Shown here piece by piece: positions 43,333-54,169 of a DNA stretch of 64,000 nucleotides (within the stretch, counting starts at the first letter, position 1; the number at the start of each line of letters is the position of its first letter). A model generated the notes under the pieces. That model saw only the letters and a program-made list of their open reading frames with translations, was not told the origin of the DNA and searched no databases. Source of the stretch: Octopus vulgaris (taxonomy: Eukaryota). Made by a program: the position numbers and the translations under genes. The stretch is from contig OX597814.1 of assembly GCA_951406725.2 (NCBI GenBank), positions 210,242,001 through 210,306,000 on the forward strand, written 5' to 3'.

Positions 43333-43781
43333 TATATAATTAGGGTTCAGCAACGATTTGCGTCACCACACACCGAAGTTTAGATATAGCAGTCAAAAAA
43401 TCTTAGCTATTCCTTCTACTTGAAAGGGAGTTCCCAGAAAAGTCAAAGCACTTGAAAACAAACCACGCGGGCAAAAAGGAAAAAAATGACGAAAATCATT
43501 CTATAATAGGTTAATGATTTTCGTCATTTTTTTCCCTTTTTGTCCGCGTGGTTTGTTTTCAAGTGCTTTGGTTTTTCTGTGAACTCCCTTTAAAGTAGAA
43601 GGAATAGCTAAGATTTTTGACTGTTATTTCTAAGCTTTGGTGTGTGGCGAAGCAAATCGTTGCTGAACCCTAATTATATAGTATTACTTAAACTTACCAT
43701 GAATTGGTCCTTTGCATGCCGAATTCTACTTGGTGAAATTACTGATTACTTCTTAATTAATTAATTTCACCCTTTGTTATT
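43333..43781 (+). mobile_element. PLE-like palindrome in (TA)n: 168-bp arms, 12-nt loop, ~100-bp tail
   Basis: 43333-43500 versus 43513-43680 inverted, about 13 differences by hand count. Tail 43681-43781 is shared with 7205-7310. Confidence 0.85.
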
Positions 43782-43810
43782 ATATATATATATGTATGTA
43801 TATATGTATA

Positions 43811-44045
43811 CAGAGTGGCCCAAATGTAGGTTTACAGTTTTCATGTAGGCGTTTTGAAATTCTTTTAGAACATATTATTACATTTAAAATTCTATGTTAC
43901 AAACTAAAAAAGGAGCTTGTCACAATTAACTAAATTAACATTCAATAATGATTTCATATTTTCTGATAATTAAGATCTAAACTGTTAATATTTGAATGCG
44001 AAGGAGATAGTTGAATAACTGTAAACCTACTTTTGGGCCACTCTA
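43811..44045. mobile_element. Tc1/mariner-type MITE
   Basis: 29-bp TIRs CAGAGTGGCCCAAATGTAGGTTTACAGTT / AACTGTAAACCTACTTTTGGGCCACTCTA, flanked by TA. Confidence 0.9.
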
Positions 44046-44062
44046 TATATATATATATATAT

Positions 44063-44268
44063 AGGGAATGTTTACGAAAACGAAAAAAACGAAAGACGAA
44101 GGCGGGGTGTACAAAACAAACAGATGTATTAGTATAACGCTTAGGAATAGAAAAAGTCTTTTACGTTTCGAGGCTACGCTCTTCTACAGAAAGGGACACA
44201 GAAAAAACAAGGAGAGAAGCAAGGAGAGAAAAAAACATGTGTGTAGTGGCTAACGATCTATCATGGCG
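44063..44268 (-). mobile_element. ~205-bp non-coding repeat in TA runs with minimal hammerhead-like motif
   Basis: Second copy of the 32004-32220 family. Minus strand 44158-44193 reads CTTT-CTGTAGA-A-GAG-CGTAGC-CTC-GAAA-CG-TA-AAAG. Confidence 0.8.
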
Positions 44269-44860
44269 ATATATATTACATATATATATATATGCATGCA
44301 TATATCGTTGATATAATATGCATCTGAGCTGTGACAGTGCATTGGACGTCCTTTATTTTACTTTACAGTGATTTAGTTTGGAATATTTCGTAGTTGTTAT
44401 AATAACGTATTTGCATAGCAACACAACGTATATTTCTTTGTTTTGTAATTGGTATTTCTGAATACCCGAAATATATTTTTACAAAGTTCTTATAAACCAT
44501 GTCTACTATTTGTATGGTGAAAGGTCTAGGCGTCTGGCGTGATTTTCCTAATGATTTAGCCCACTTCGTTTGAGACATGTTAAACCGTAAGGCAGTAATA
44601 GATGTCTATGGATATTAGTATTCATTTCCAAGTTAAATGACTAGCATAATACAAACGTATGCACCGTTTATATTTAAGATAATGCACGCATGTTTCCCCA
44701 AACGCTGGGGTAGTGTTTATTCCCATTGTCCCCTTGAAACTGAATACGTAAAAGTTATTATTTCGGGGTAGGTTTATTACAAGATAAGAGAGGAAAATGT
44801 ATTATGTTAAAGATGCTAAAAGTTCTAAAACTGAAATTTTAAATTAGGAAGTCATATATA

Positions 44861-45273
44861 CTCTTTTACTCTTTTACTTGTTTCAGTCATTTGATTGCGG
44901 CCATGCTGGAGCACCACCTTTAGTCGAGCAACTAACCCCGAGACTTATTCTTTGTAAGCCCAGTACTTATTCTATCGGTCTCTTTTTGTCAAACCGCTAA
45001 GTAACGGGGACGTAAACACACCAGCATTGGTTGTCAAGCGATGGTGGGGGGACAAACACAGACACACAAACATACACACACACACACACATATATATATA
45101 GACATATATACGACAGGCTTCTTTCAGTTTCCGTCTACCAAATCCACTCACAAGGCATTGGTCAGCCCGAGGCTATAGCAGAAGACACTTACCCAAGATG
45201 CCACGCAGTGGGACTGAACCCGGAACCATGTGGCTGGTAAGCAAGCTACTTACCACACAGCCACTCCTGCGCC
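44861..45273 (-). mobile_element. tRNA-derived SINE family B
   Basis: Matches 24856-25301. TSD-like CATATATACT at 44853-44862 and 45274-45283. Confidence 0.9.
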
Positions 45274-46974
45274 CATATATACTTTATACAAAATTCGAGC
45301 GAAAGCATTACAAATAGCTTTATACAGGCATAAACAATGCTACATATAATAAGAGACAAGGATAGCCTCGGAAATGGACAAAGGAACATCCAGATCAAAT
45401 AGAAATAAGGTAGATAGTGAAAAAGTAAATTTTAGGTCTGTGTATACCTATTCATAATTTCCGCGATATAAGATATGAATAATGAAGTCTTACCCGTATA
45501 TGCATACACACACATATATATTTAACAAATCGATGCACATTGATATTTGTGCTACCTGGAAATTGTTGCTGTACTTTAAGTTGGAAATGACGACCATTTC
45601 CAACACCATCAAATTTAAACTGCACCTTTTATATAATCACTAACATCATGTAAATCTACTAACGTTTTTAACTTTTAACTACATAAATTTATGGAAACAA
45701 TCACTTATCGATTAATTTTCTTTTATGCGTGCAATTTTCGCTGTCATTTGTCTCTTACTTTATATTTATATAAAATATTTACCAATATATATGCGCAATC
45801 TCATTTAGTTGCATTTAATTGCAGCGGTTGGGTAATGATAATTTACATAGACACAGGAAGAATAATTGCTTTTAATTTCAAGAGACAAGATAAACCAAAC
45901 AGTTGTTCAGAATGAAAAATGAGCAAGAGATAGTAAACAAAAAGTTTAAAACGAAAACAAAATGATCATTAGGACATTAGTAATAAAATAAAGCAAAAAA
46001 ATAAAGTAATAGCAATCATACAAGCAAACGGACCGACAAGTTAACCAAACATATATATATATGTCTTAACGTAAATGTAACGAAGAAAAGAAAATAATAG
46101 TAAAAGAAAAAAAAAACTTCTCTTATATAAATGAGATTATCCAAACACTGCTGGAGCCATTATTTCCACCAGACTTTAATTAACTGGGGAGGAATGGCTT
46201 GTAAAATTTATGGAGAAAAATTTCGCCAACAGAGCGGCGAGGACGCATACATATTCTTAGTAACTATATCAAAGATTAACTTTCAAGTAACATCCGTAAA
46301 TATCAGTTGCAGGAAAAACAAGCAAAAAGCTCCTCGATAAAAGGTATAATTCTTTCATGTGTATACATCTATGTATTGGTACGGGATATAAGTATCATGG
46401 TGTAGTTTGCATTATTTATTAATACTTAGAAAGCATACACTTTTTATATGCAAACTGAAGTATGCATTGACAGATGTATTTAAACGAATACGTCAACAAT
46501 AGGTTAGAACATAAGATGTTTTTTTCTTAAGGACTTATTTACAGGAGAAACGACACCAATGTTCGTCTTAGATATAAGATAACAAATAGGCAATTATTTA
46601 GATACTTCAGGTATTTTCTTCTGTGTTCCATATATTTTCATTGTAAACCCCATCAGCGTTAGCTTGTATTTCAACTCTTCGGTATTTAATACTGAATAAA
46701 AATGAATCAATGTTATCAACGCATCCACCATTTGTAGCTATCACATTCACATATATATGCATAGTTCTGTTTCAGCATACATTGTTCAAGTTACATTCAT
46801 GAGAGAGTTAGTCTAACCCTTTTAGTTATTGTATATAATATGGATTCTTGTATTATTTAACCGATACTTTAGAAAATACCGATCAGAATATTAAGGAATC
46901 TATGCCTAATAGAAATGTTGCACTCTAGTTCTCATATATTATATTGTATGAATCTATATCGTCTTTATAAAATC

Positions 46975-47045
46975 CGGCGAGCTGGTCAATCGTTAGCGAG
47001 CAGGGCAAAATGCTTAGCGGCGTTTCGTGCGCCTTTACGCACGAA
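46975..47045 (+). mobile_element. SINE family C 5' fragment
   Basis: GGCGAGCTGGTCAATCGTTAGCGAGCAGGGCAAAATGCTTAGC matches 26572-26640. Confidence 0.55.
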
Positions 47046-49639
47046 GTTGTTTCTTTGATTTTATGAAACAATCTTGTTAAATAAATTTTATAATCAATTT
47101 ACCGAGTAACACGGGGGCAGTAGTTAAAAAATATGTACAAGGAAATTTACTTCGCTACTATCTAGCGTTTCCAAATTTTAATATGGAATAGGCATGTTAA
47201 ATGAACACAAAACTGTTAGCAATAGATACTAATGTTATGATTAGAGAAGTTTTCTATGAAATGACAGCCTATATAACGCTTGTAAATGATGTATGCATTG
47301 AGATGGTACACCGAGTTTAAAACCATCAATAAGAAAATAATACTAAGGCATTAATTAAAGATATAGTATTTTATTTCGAACAAACAGAAGAGGTAAGACG
47401 CATCTCAAGACACGCAAATGCATTATCACGTGAAAAATGTAATTCTGAAATAACATGTTCGTTAAGACGGATACACAACCCGTATGTTAGATAATGTATT
47501 CTGGGACAAATCATTAATGAATAAGTGTGAGAAGGCCACGATTAGACATTCATTGCAACATTGCTCGACAAGAGATCTGGGGCTAAAATGATGACAACCT
47601 TTACGAAAAATGATTGATAATAATATTAATATGATCACATAGTCATATCAAAACCGAGAAGCACAAAGAAGTCAAGTTGTTAAACAACACCCTATTTACT
47701 TTTACTGTTATTCATGTATTGAGTGTGTTTATTTCGGAGCGATTCTATTCCAAATCAAAGTAAAATTGCTTTAATCATTTGATATAAAAAAGTGACATGA
47801 TTTCACAAAGTGACAAATAAAAATTAATCAGACTAACGATAACATACTTTACATAAGCCTTTTAAACAAATTTATATTGAAGAGTATTTTTATAATAGGA
47901 GTACTTGTTTGGTTTTAATAAAAAAATGTTTTACAGTAAGAATTTTTATTAGGATACTATAAAATATTTCGGCTGAAACATTTTTAGAATTACATCAAAG
48001 TAAGTTAAAGATGATTTGCAAATTTTTAGCATTAACCGTTATGACTGATGCCTTTCTCATGAAGTCATATACGGTATGATTACTAGGTGATATGTCTAAA
48101 TGAGACAGAACAATATACATATTTTGGACTGATCGCAAGAGTACTGAAAAGCCTATTACAAGCAAAACCGTTGCAAGTGATCACAGGAAAACCAAAATAA
48201 CTTATAGTCAATAGAGTATTGATATTTTGATTCGTGAGTGCTGAATCATGAAATTGTAGTCATCAATCCTGGAGTCGACAGTATTTGGCACCAAACATGC
48301 AAACATGTTGCATTAAATACATTAACTGCAACACTTATGAGTAATTTGTTAAGATACACTATACACTTAGAAAAAGAATGTTCTCCCGCAAGTTCTTTCA
48401 TAAACATGTGGCCAATAGACTTAATTACCAAGTGATAATAAATTGGCACCGACATGAACTGCCGCATAACTTCTAAGTGTTAATAGTTTATACACACATA
48501 TATAGACATCTGTTTATCAGTTATTACTGTAAATATCTCCAATAATGCCCTTAGACCATGCATTATCTTTGAAGTTATAAGTATCATAATTAACGTGAAA
48601 GTATTGATAAGCCAAGTTTAGAGAAACCTGGTTGCGATATTACTGCTTAGAATATACACTAGTTCACATCTAAGTGACAATTATGATCATTGAAAAGATA
48701 TCAATCATATGGGATTAAATGAACTGTTATGCACATAATCAAGATAAGTATATGTTGTATTAGATCTTGCATGTTGATACCTGCATATGATAATGTTAAC
48801 TTTTGCGTATATGGAGTATATATTGGCTAAATATGACAATAATTATTTCTGCCTGAAAAAGTTTTGCACACGCCAGTAAATATGTTTCAATGTTTACATA
48901 TACGGCCTGCAGTTTTTAGAGTGCTATGTATGAGTGATACTATATGCAGCTGATGTTGCATAAAAACACAGAAACATGTGTCTATACTCCAATGAAGGCA
49001 TCTATAGGCTAGCACGTTGTATTTTCATACATTGTCCAGAATAATTACACTTTCCGGACTGCCACCACAGTGAAGGTCTTTCCACATTTAAGAGTACACG
49101 AACGGGGAAATATATAAATGTTCAAAGCTTCAGTATATTTATCACTGATTAGTGTGTCTTTAATTAATAAATTCCAGCTTGACAAGGCTGTACATGTGCC
49201 AGTAAATTTATTATTTGCTTTTCATATACAAGTACGGCAATTCTTAATGTGCTTTGAACTACGGATTTGATCACTCTGGTGAGTAATGCGAAACAGCTCA
49301 GAATTACGATGCCTACGTGTCTGATGACATCGTTTACGATATAAGTAGTTTAATTTGATACTACCTCGGTTTCGCATACTGGACTTTCGCTCATTCGAGT
49401 GGCTACTCAAAATACCAGTGTATGACTTAATTCTCTATTTCTTATATCGGGGCTGAGAAATTTTCGTCCAAGTTAAGTGTGAATATGTGACAGTTAGAAG
49501 GCACATACATGGTGAAATACAGCTAATGTTCTCGCTACCTGCTGCTAGGATAAATTGTCGTCTATTCCCGATATCATCATCATTGTTCGACCGTGATCGA
49601 GACAATGGAATTTACTATGTTACGCCAGACTTCACGGTC

Positions 49640-50072
49640 CATCATAGCATTACGGAGGTCCTGTTGCTGGATGCCTGTATCCCCGGAGATTACATCAGGG
49701 TAGGAGAGTGTGCGCCCTCTGGTATTGCGAGTAGATGGCTTCCAGAGGAGAAGAGTAGAAATTCTTTTTCAGCTCTACAACAATGTCCAGCAACCTGGAC
49801 TCTCCTACCTTTCACAAGAGATGACACAGGTGGTAATTTCCCATATATTTGCATTTTGGTTGGATGGCGCTTCCACGAGATTTTGAGCTCTCATAAGGAG
49901 GCGAGTGTAGGTTCCATCCAACCGCCTCTCAAGCTTCTTTGATAACGTCCAGGTTTCTGAGCCACATAGTAGAATTGGTTCGACTGTGGCTTTGAATATT
50001 TCAAGTTTGAAGTCTCTACTTAGATTTGATGACCAGATCTTATGCATGTCATTACAGGCTGACCAGGCCATT
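49640..50072 (-). pseudogene. RTE-clade LINE ORF C-terminal fragment
   Basis: AWSACNDMHKIWSSNLSRDFKLEIFKATVEPILLCGSETWTLSKKLERRLDGTYTRLLMRAQN, the post-RT LLYGSETW motif. Frameshifted downstream. Confidence 0.82.
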
Positions 50073-50840
50073 CCCGATATAGTTACTAGCCTATAGAAGG
50101 TGTATACATTAGGAGCGTTACATGTATAGCTACTGTGATTTAACACTCCATTGATTGCGTATACCGGTGATGCAATCATTTTATTATCCTTCGAGATAAA
50201 AGAAAAATTACTAGTAAACACATGTATAACTATTAGTATATTAGCAAATACAATGAAAAGCAAGTGAGGTAAGTCGCTTTACACTGAATATTAAATACAT
50301 TTAATACAAAAAAAATGTACATGTGAATGGATAGAAAATAGTCCGACTTGCAGAATATAAATGATATCAGGAGTTACGTGGGTAGACGTTTGAGTTCAAC
50401 AGCTGTTTCTGGGGGCTCGGTGGTACGGAATAACGACAGTTACTTGGATCCATTATCAGATAACACCGCCTCCGTCTTCAGGGGAGTATCTTACATGAGA
50501 TAATTTTATATTCGAGGTGTTGACAGAATGGAGTTTAAAGATAGAATGGTTTTATGGAGAGCTGAGTGTGCAAGGAATGGTGGTTGGAGACGTTTAGATA
50601 GAAGAAATAGTTTACAGTGTTAGGATTAATAATGAAACTAGTGACAGTAGTGGTGGAACGTGGAAAGAGTGTATTCTGTATAGAGAACACCTGTCTCTAA
50701 CGTATAAGGTATAAATATATGTATGCGTACATTTTCATTCATACATACATAGATCACATACACATACACATAAATATATCATTTAATATTTTACTATTTC
50801 CTGTCGGTTTGGTAGCAAGAATACGTATTTATGGATACAT

Positions 50841-50970
50841 GTATTGTAAATGTTTGATATCTGTTAATGAATATGTTGAGATATTACATTTTATATAACA
50901 TATTTACGTATTGTAAATGTTTGATATCTGTTAATGAATATGTTGAGATATCACATTTTATATAACATAT
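50841..50970. repeat. Tandem duplication, 63-bp unit with 67-bp period
   Basis: 50841-50903 and 50908-50970 differ at one base. Confidence 0.9.
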
Positions 50971-51274
50971 GTGTAATTGGATTCATAAAACACATATCCA
51001 GTTATCAAACACAGGAGATTTCACTACTATATGCATAAATAATATAAGCGTCTACAGGAAAAAGTTTCTGTATTTAGGAATTCAATATAAGTTTTAGGAA
51101 TAATGTCCGACATATATATGAAATATGTTATGGCAACATAGCAACATATTTAATGATAAGTACAATGGAAGTCACAATCACGCAAGCATCTTGAATGTAT
51201 ACATATATGTACATACATACACACGCACACACACACATATATATATATATATATAAGATATACATATATATAAC

Positions 51275-51329
<55 letters not shown>

Positions 51330-51461
51330 AAAATAGTAAAGTGTGAAAAAACGACAGAAGGCTTAAATGTTAAAAAATATATATATTTGTGTCAAAATGT
51401 CTGGAGAACATTGGAAAAATTTTTTTCCTTTCCTTAAAATGACATAATTTTAAAATTTTTA

Positions 51462-51501
51462 AAGAAATTACCGGTTTCGCGTGTAGCTTTTCAAATTTCT
51501 T
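51462..51501 (-). ncRNA. Minimal type-I hammerhead motif (U3-A8 core variant)
   Basis: Minus strand AAGAAAT-TTGAAAA-GC-TACAC-GC-GAAA-CCGG-TA-ATTTCTT. 7-bp helix I, palindromic ACCGGT helix III, located in the PLE 3' region. Confidence 0.7.
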
Positions 51502-51637
51502 GTGACGTTATGTTTATATTGCATGGAGTTATCGTTGTGTTTATTAACAGGAGATTTCTAAATAAGGGGAGGTAGTGAGTGATTTCTTCCGGTGTAAGGG
51601 AGATAATCGCTTAAAAATTTTTTTTCCCTTTTCCTTG

Positions 51638-52372
51638 TTAAATTCTCTGTGTCAGTATGTTCGGATGGTTGAGTCTGGGTTTGTACTTTTCAATGAAGAA
51701 TGTTTCCTTTTTCAGTCTCATTTGTGTTGATGATCCGAAAGCACATTGGTAAAATGGGAAGATTAAAAATTGTGGCAGTATTTGCTTTGCGCATTTCTCA
51801 ATGTGCTCACTAAAAGGTATCATTCTATATTCTGGGAATGCAATCTGTTGTCGATGCAGTGTGCATCTACGCCTGAGTGATAGTCCCGTTGAACCCACGT
51901 AGTCTTGGTGGCAGCCCGAGCATTTAATAACATAAATTATGTTTTCAGAGGCACAAGTAAAGTTAGATTTGATCTTGAATTTCTGTCCCTCTTTAAAGAA
52001 GAATTCTGATCCTTCCAATAGGTTAGGACATGTTGCACAGTTCGATCTACCACATTTTTTTACTTTTGCATCCGTAATTTTAGAAGACAATTTTGCCTTT
52101 GTGAGAATCTTTTTAAGTGATTTAGGCTGTTTGTAGCTTTTAATGATTTGGTGTATGTTTAGAATTTCCTTTAATTTTGGGTTTTTATGAAGTATTGGTA
52201 AATTCTGGGTGATGATGGTGAAGGCTTCTTTGTTTCTGGGGTTGTATGTAGATATGTAAGGTAGTATTTTCGGGGAAGGTGTGTTGTTGTGTTGAACTTT
52301 TCTTAAAGTTTCTATGTTGATTTCTGTTGCACGTCTGATCCCATCCTCTATGAGTTGAGCTGGGTAATTTCT
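51638..52372 (-). CDS. PLE ORF C-terminal part (RT thumb/linker plus GIY-YIG endonuclease), 5'-truncated but open
   Basis: The frame extends upstream of the listed ORF without stops: RNYPAQLIEDGIRRA...LPYISTYNP...KQPKSLKKILTKAKL...CGRSNCATC...NIIYVIKCSGCHQDYVGSTG..LRRR..LHR...ETFFIEKYKPRLN. The Cys-rich linker is Neptune-like. Confidence 0.88.
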   Translation of the reverse strand, partial: RNYPAQLIEDGIRRATEINIETLRKVQHNNTPSPKILPYISTYNPRNKEAFTIITQNLPILHKNPKLKEILNIHQIIKSYKQPKSLKKILTKAKLSSKITDAKVKKCGRSNCATCPNLLEGSEFFFKEGQKFKIKSNFTCASENIIYVIKCSGCHQDYVGSTGLSLRRRCTLHRQQIAFPEYRMIPFSEHIEKCAKQILPQFLIFPFYQCAFGSSTQMRLKKETFFIEKYKPRLNHPNILTQRI

Positions 52373-52569
52373 TTAAAAATTTAAAAATTATGTCATTTTA
52401 AGGAAAGGAAAAAAAAATTTCCAATATTCTCCAGACATTTTGACACAAATATATATATTTTTTAACATTTAAGCCTTCTGTCGTTTTTTCACACTTTACT
52501 ATTTTCTTATATATTCACCCACGTGCTTTACCAAACAAACTTTCTTATCTATATATATATATATATATA

Positions 52570-52817
52570 AATGTTTAAGTAGTTGAATGAATTATCCTAG
52601 TATGGATAATTCGGTTAACCGATACCCGGGTAGCAAATTTACGTCAGAAAGCACGGTTGAAGCTACATGCCAAGGCCAGAAATCACGTGCTTTCGTGTGG
52701 AAATTTGTGTGTTTTTTTACTAGAGATAAATGAAAGAATGGAGTCGAACGACGATTTAACAAAATTGGTATGTCCTTAAGGGATGCGTTAAATCGTCGTT
52801 CGACTCCATTCTTCCAT

Positions 52818-52825
<8 letters not shown>
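52570..52825. mobile_element. Short fold-back (39-bp arms) with a structured flank between TA and TC runs
   Basis: 52722-52760 versus 52787-52825 inverted, 1 mismatch. The upstream 150 bp contains hairpins GAATTATCC/GGATAATTC and GAAAGCACG/CGTGCTTTC. Confidence 0.65.
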
Positions 52826-52893
<68 letters not shown>

Positions 52894-52951
52894 AATCCCC
52901 TAAAAGGTCAAACTTAAAAAAACAACTCCAGGACATGGTACATATATATAG

Positions 52952-53178
52952 TCTTTTATTCTCTTATTTATTTCAGTTACTTGACTGCGGCATTTAGTCG
53001 AGCAAATCAACCAGAGGACTTATTTTTGTAAGTCTAGTACTTATTCTATGGAGCACTTTTGCCGTTAAGTTACGAGTATGTAAACACACCAGCATGAGTT
53101 GCCAATCAATGTTGGGGGACAAACACAATCAGACACACACATATATGCATGCATGCATACATACGCACACACACACAC

Positions 53179-53230
<52 letters not shown>

Positions 53231-53366
53231 GACGGGCTTCTTTCAGTCGCCGTCTACCAAATCTACACACAAGGTTTTAGTCGGCCCGAGGTGCCACGCA
53301 GTGGGACTGAACCCGGGACCATGTGGTTGGTAAGCAAACAACTTACCACACAGCCACTCGTGCGCC
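52952..53366 (-). mobile_element. tRNA-derived SINE family B (internally deleted)
   Basis: Matches 24856-25301 with deletions and an expanded internal microsatellite. Confidence 0.85.
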
Positions 53367-53620
53367 TATATATATGTTTTTAAAAGTGATGTACAGATTT
53401 TGCGTATCAAGAAAAAGGGAGGAAGAGGGGGAGGAGGAGAGAAGGTGTAGATAGGGAGGATAGAGAAAGAAAGCAGGAACAAAGAATGTATTTTGGGATG
53501 CTTTGTATAAGAAGCGACGAAATTTAACAGAAAATTTATTCCGTGTACCCACGAATGGACGAATGCTCTAAATAAGTAATTATCACGAATACATATATGT
53601 ATGTGTATATATATATATAT

Positions 53621-54169
53621 AAATTAATAATAAATATTAGGGAATAAATCCAAACTTACAGGGAAAAATCAGATTTAGGATTGAATCCAATTTTATAGTA
53701 AAATATTATATTATATTAAATTAGAGACAAAGCCACTATTAGGCAAATCATACAATGAAAAACTTAAGCCAATACATACGATTATTTAATTTATATTATT
53801 TAAATATATAACAAAATTATTAAAAAATATAATTAATATATCACTACGATCGTTTCATGGCTGTTAATTTCTTTAAATTTTCAAGTCACAGTCATTCATT
53901 AGGTGGTTTAAATATTTATCTTGGCGAGGTTCATTGTTTAAACCTCGCCAAGATAAATATTTAAACCACCTGATGAATGACTATGACTTGAAAATTTAAA
54001 GAAATTAACAGCCATGAAACGATCGTAGTGATATATTAATTATATTTTTTAATAATTTTGTTATATATTTAAATAATATAAATTAAATAATCGTATGTAT
54101 TGGCTTAAGTTTTTCATTGTATGATTTGCCTAATAGTGGTTTTGTCTCTAATTTAATATAATATAATAT
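53621..54169. mobile_element. PLE-like palindrome in (TA)n: 229-bp arms, 9-nt loop, ~82-bp tail
   Basis: 53703-53931 versus 53941-54169 inverted, 3 transitions by hand count. Tail at 53621-53702. (TA)n flanks. Confidence 0.9.
53967..54030 (+). ncRNA. Minimal type-I hammerhead ribozyme motif
   Basis: CAC-CTGATGA-ATGACT...AGCCAT-GAAA-C-GATC-G-TA-GTG. Canonical core, palindromic GATC loop III, GUA triplet. The mirror copy at 53842-53905(-) has CTAATGA. Confidence 0.75.

Larger units (their letters stand above)
51327..52549 (-). mobile_element. 5'-truncated Penelope-like retroelement with inverted pLTR, inserted in (TA)n
   Basis: 146-bp inverted repeats (51327-51472 and 52363-52508) enclose a GIY-YIG ORF. 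A ~37-bp tail (52513-52549) lies on the right copy only. (TA)n on both flanks. Confidence 0.92.

Noticed and set aside
51480-51640. SECIS / selenoprotein PLE (Naiad-like)
   Set aside because: No in-frame TGA in the visible ORF and no convincing SECIS hairpin seen.
51327-52508. DNA transposon with 146-bp TIRs
   Set aside because: The enclosed ORF is PLE RT-thumb/GIY-YIG rather than a DDE transposase, and the repeats are asymmetric with a one-sided tail.
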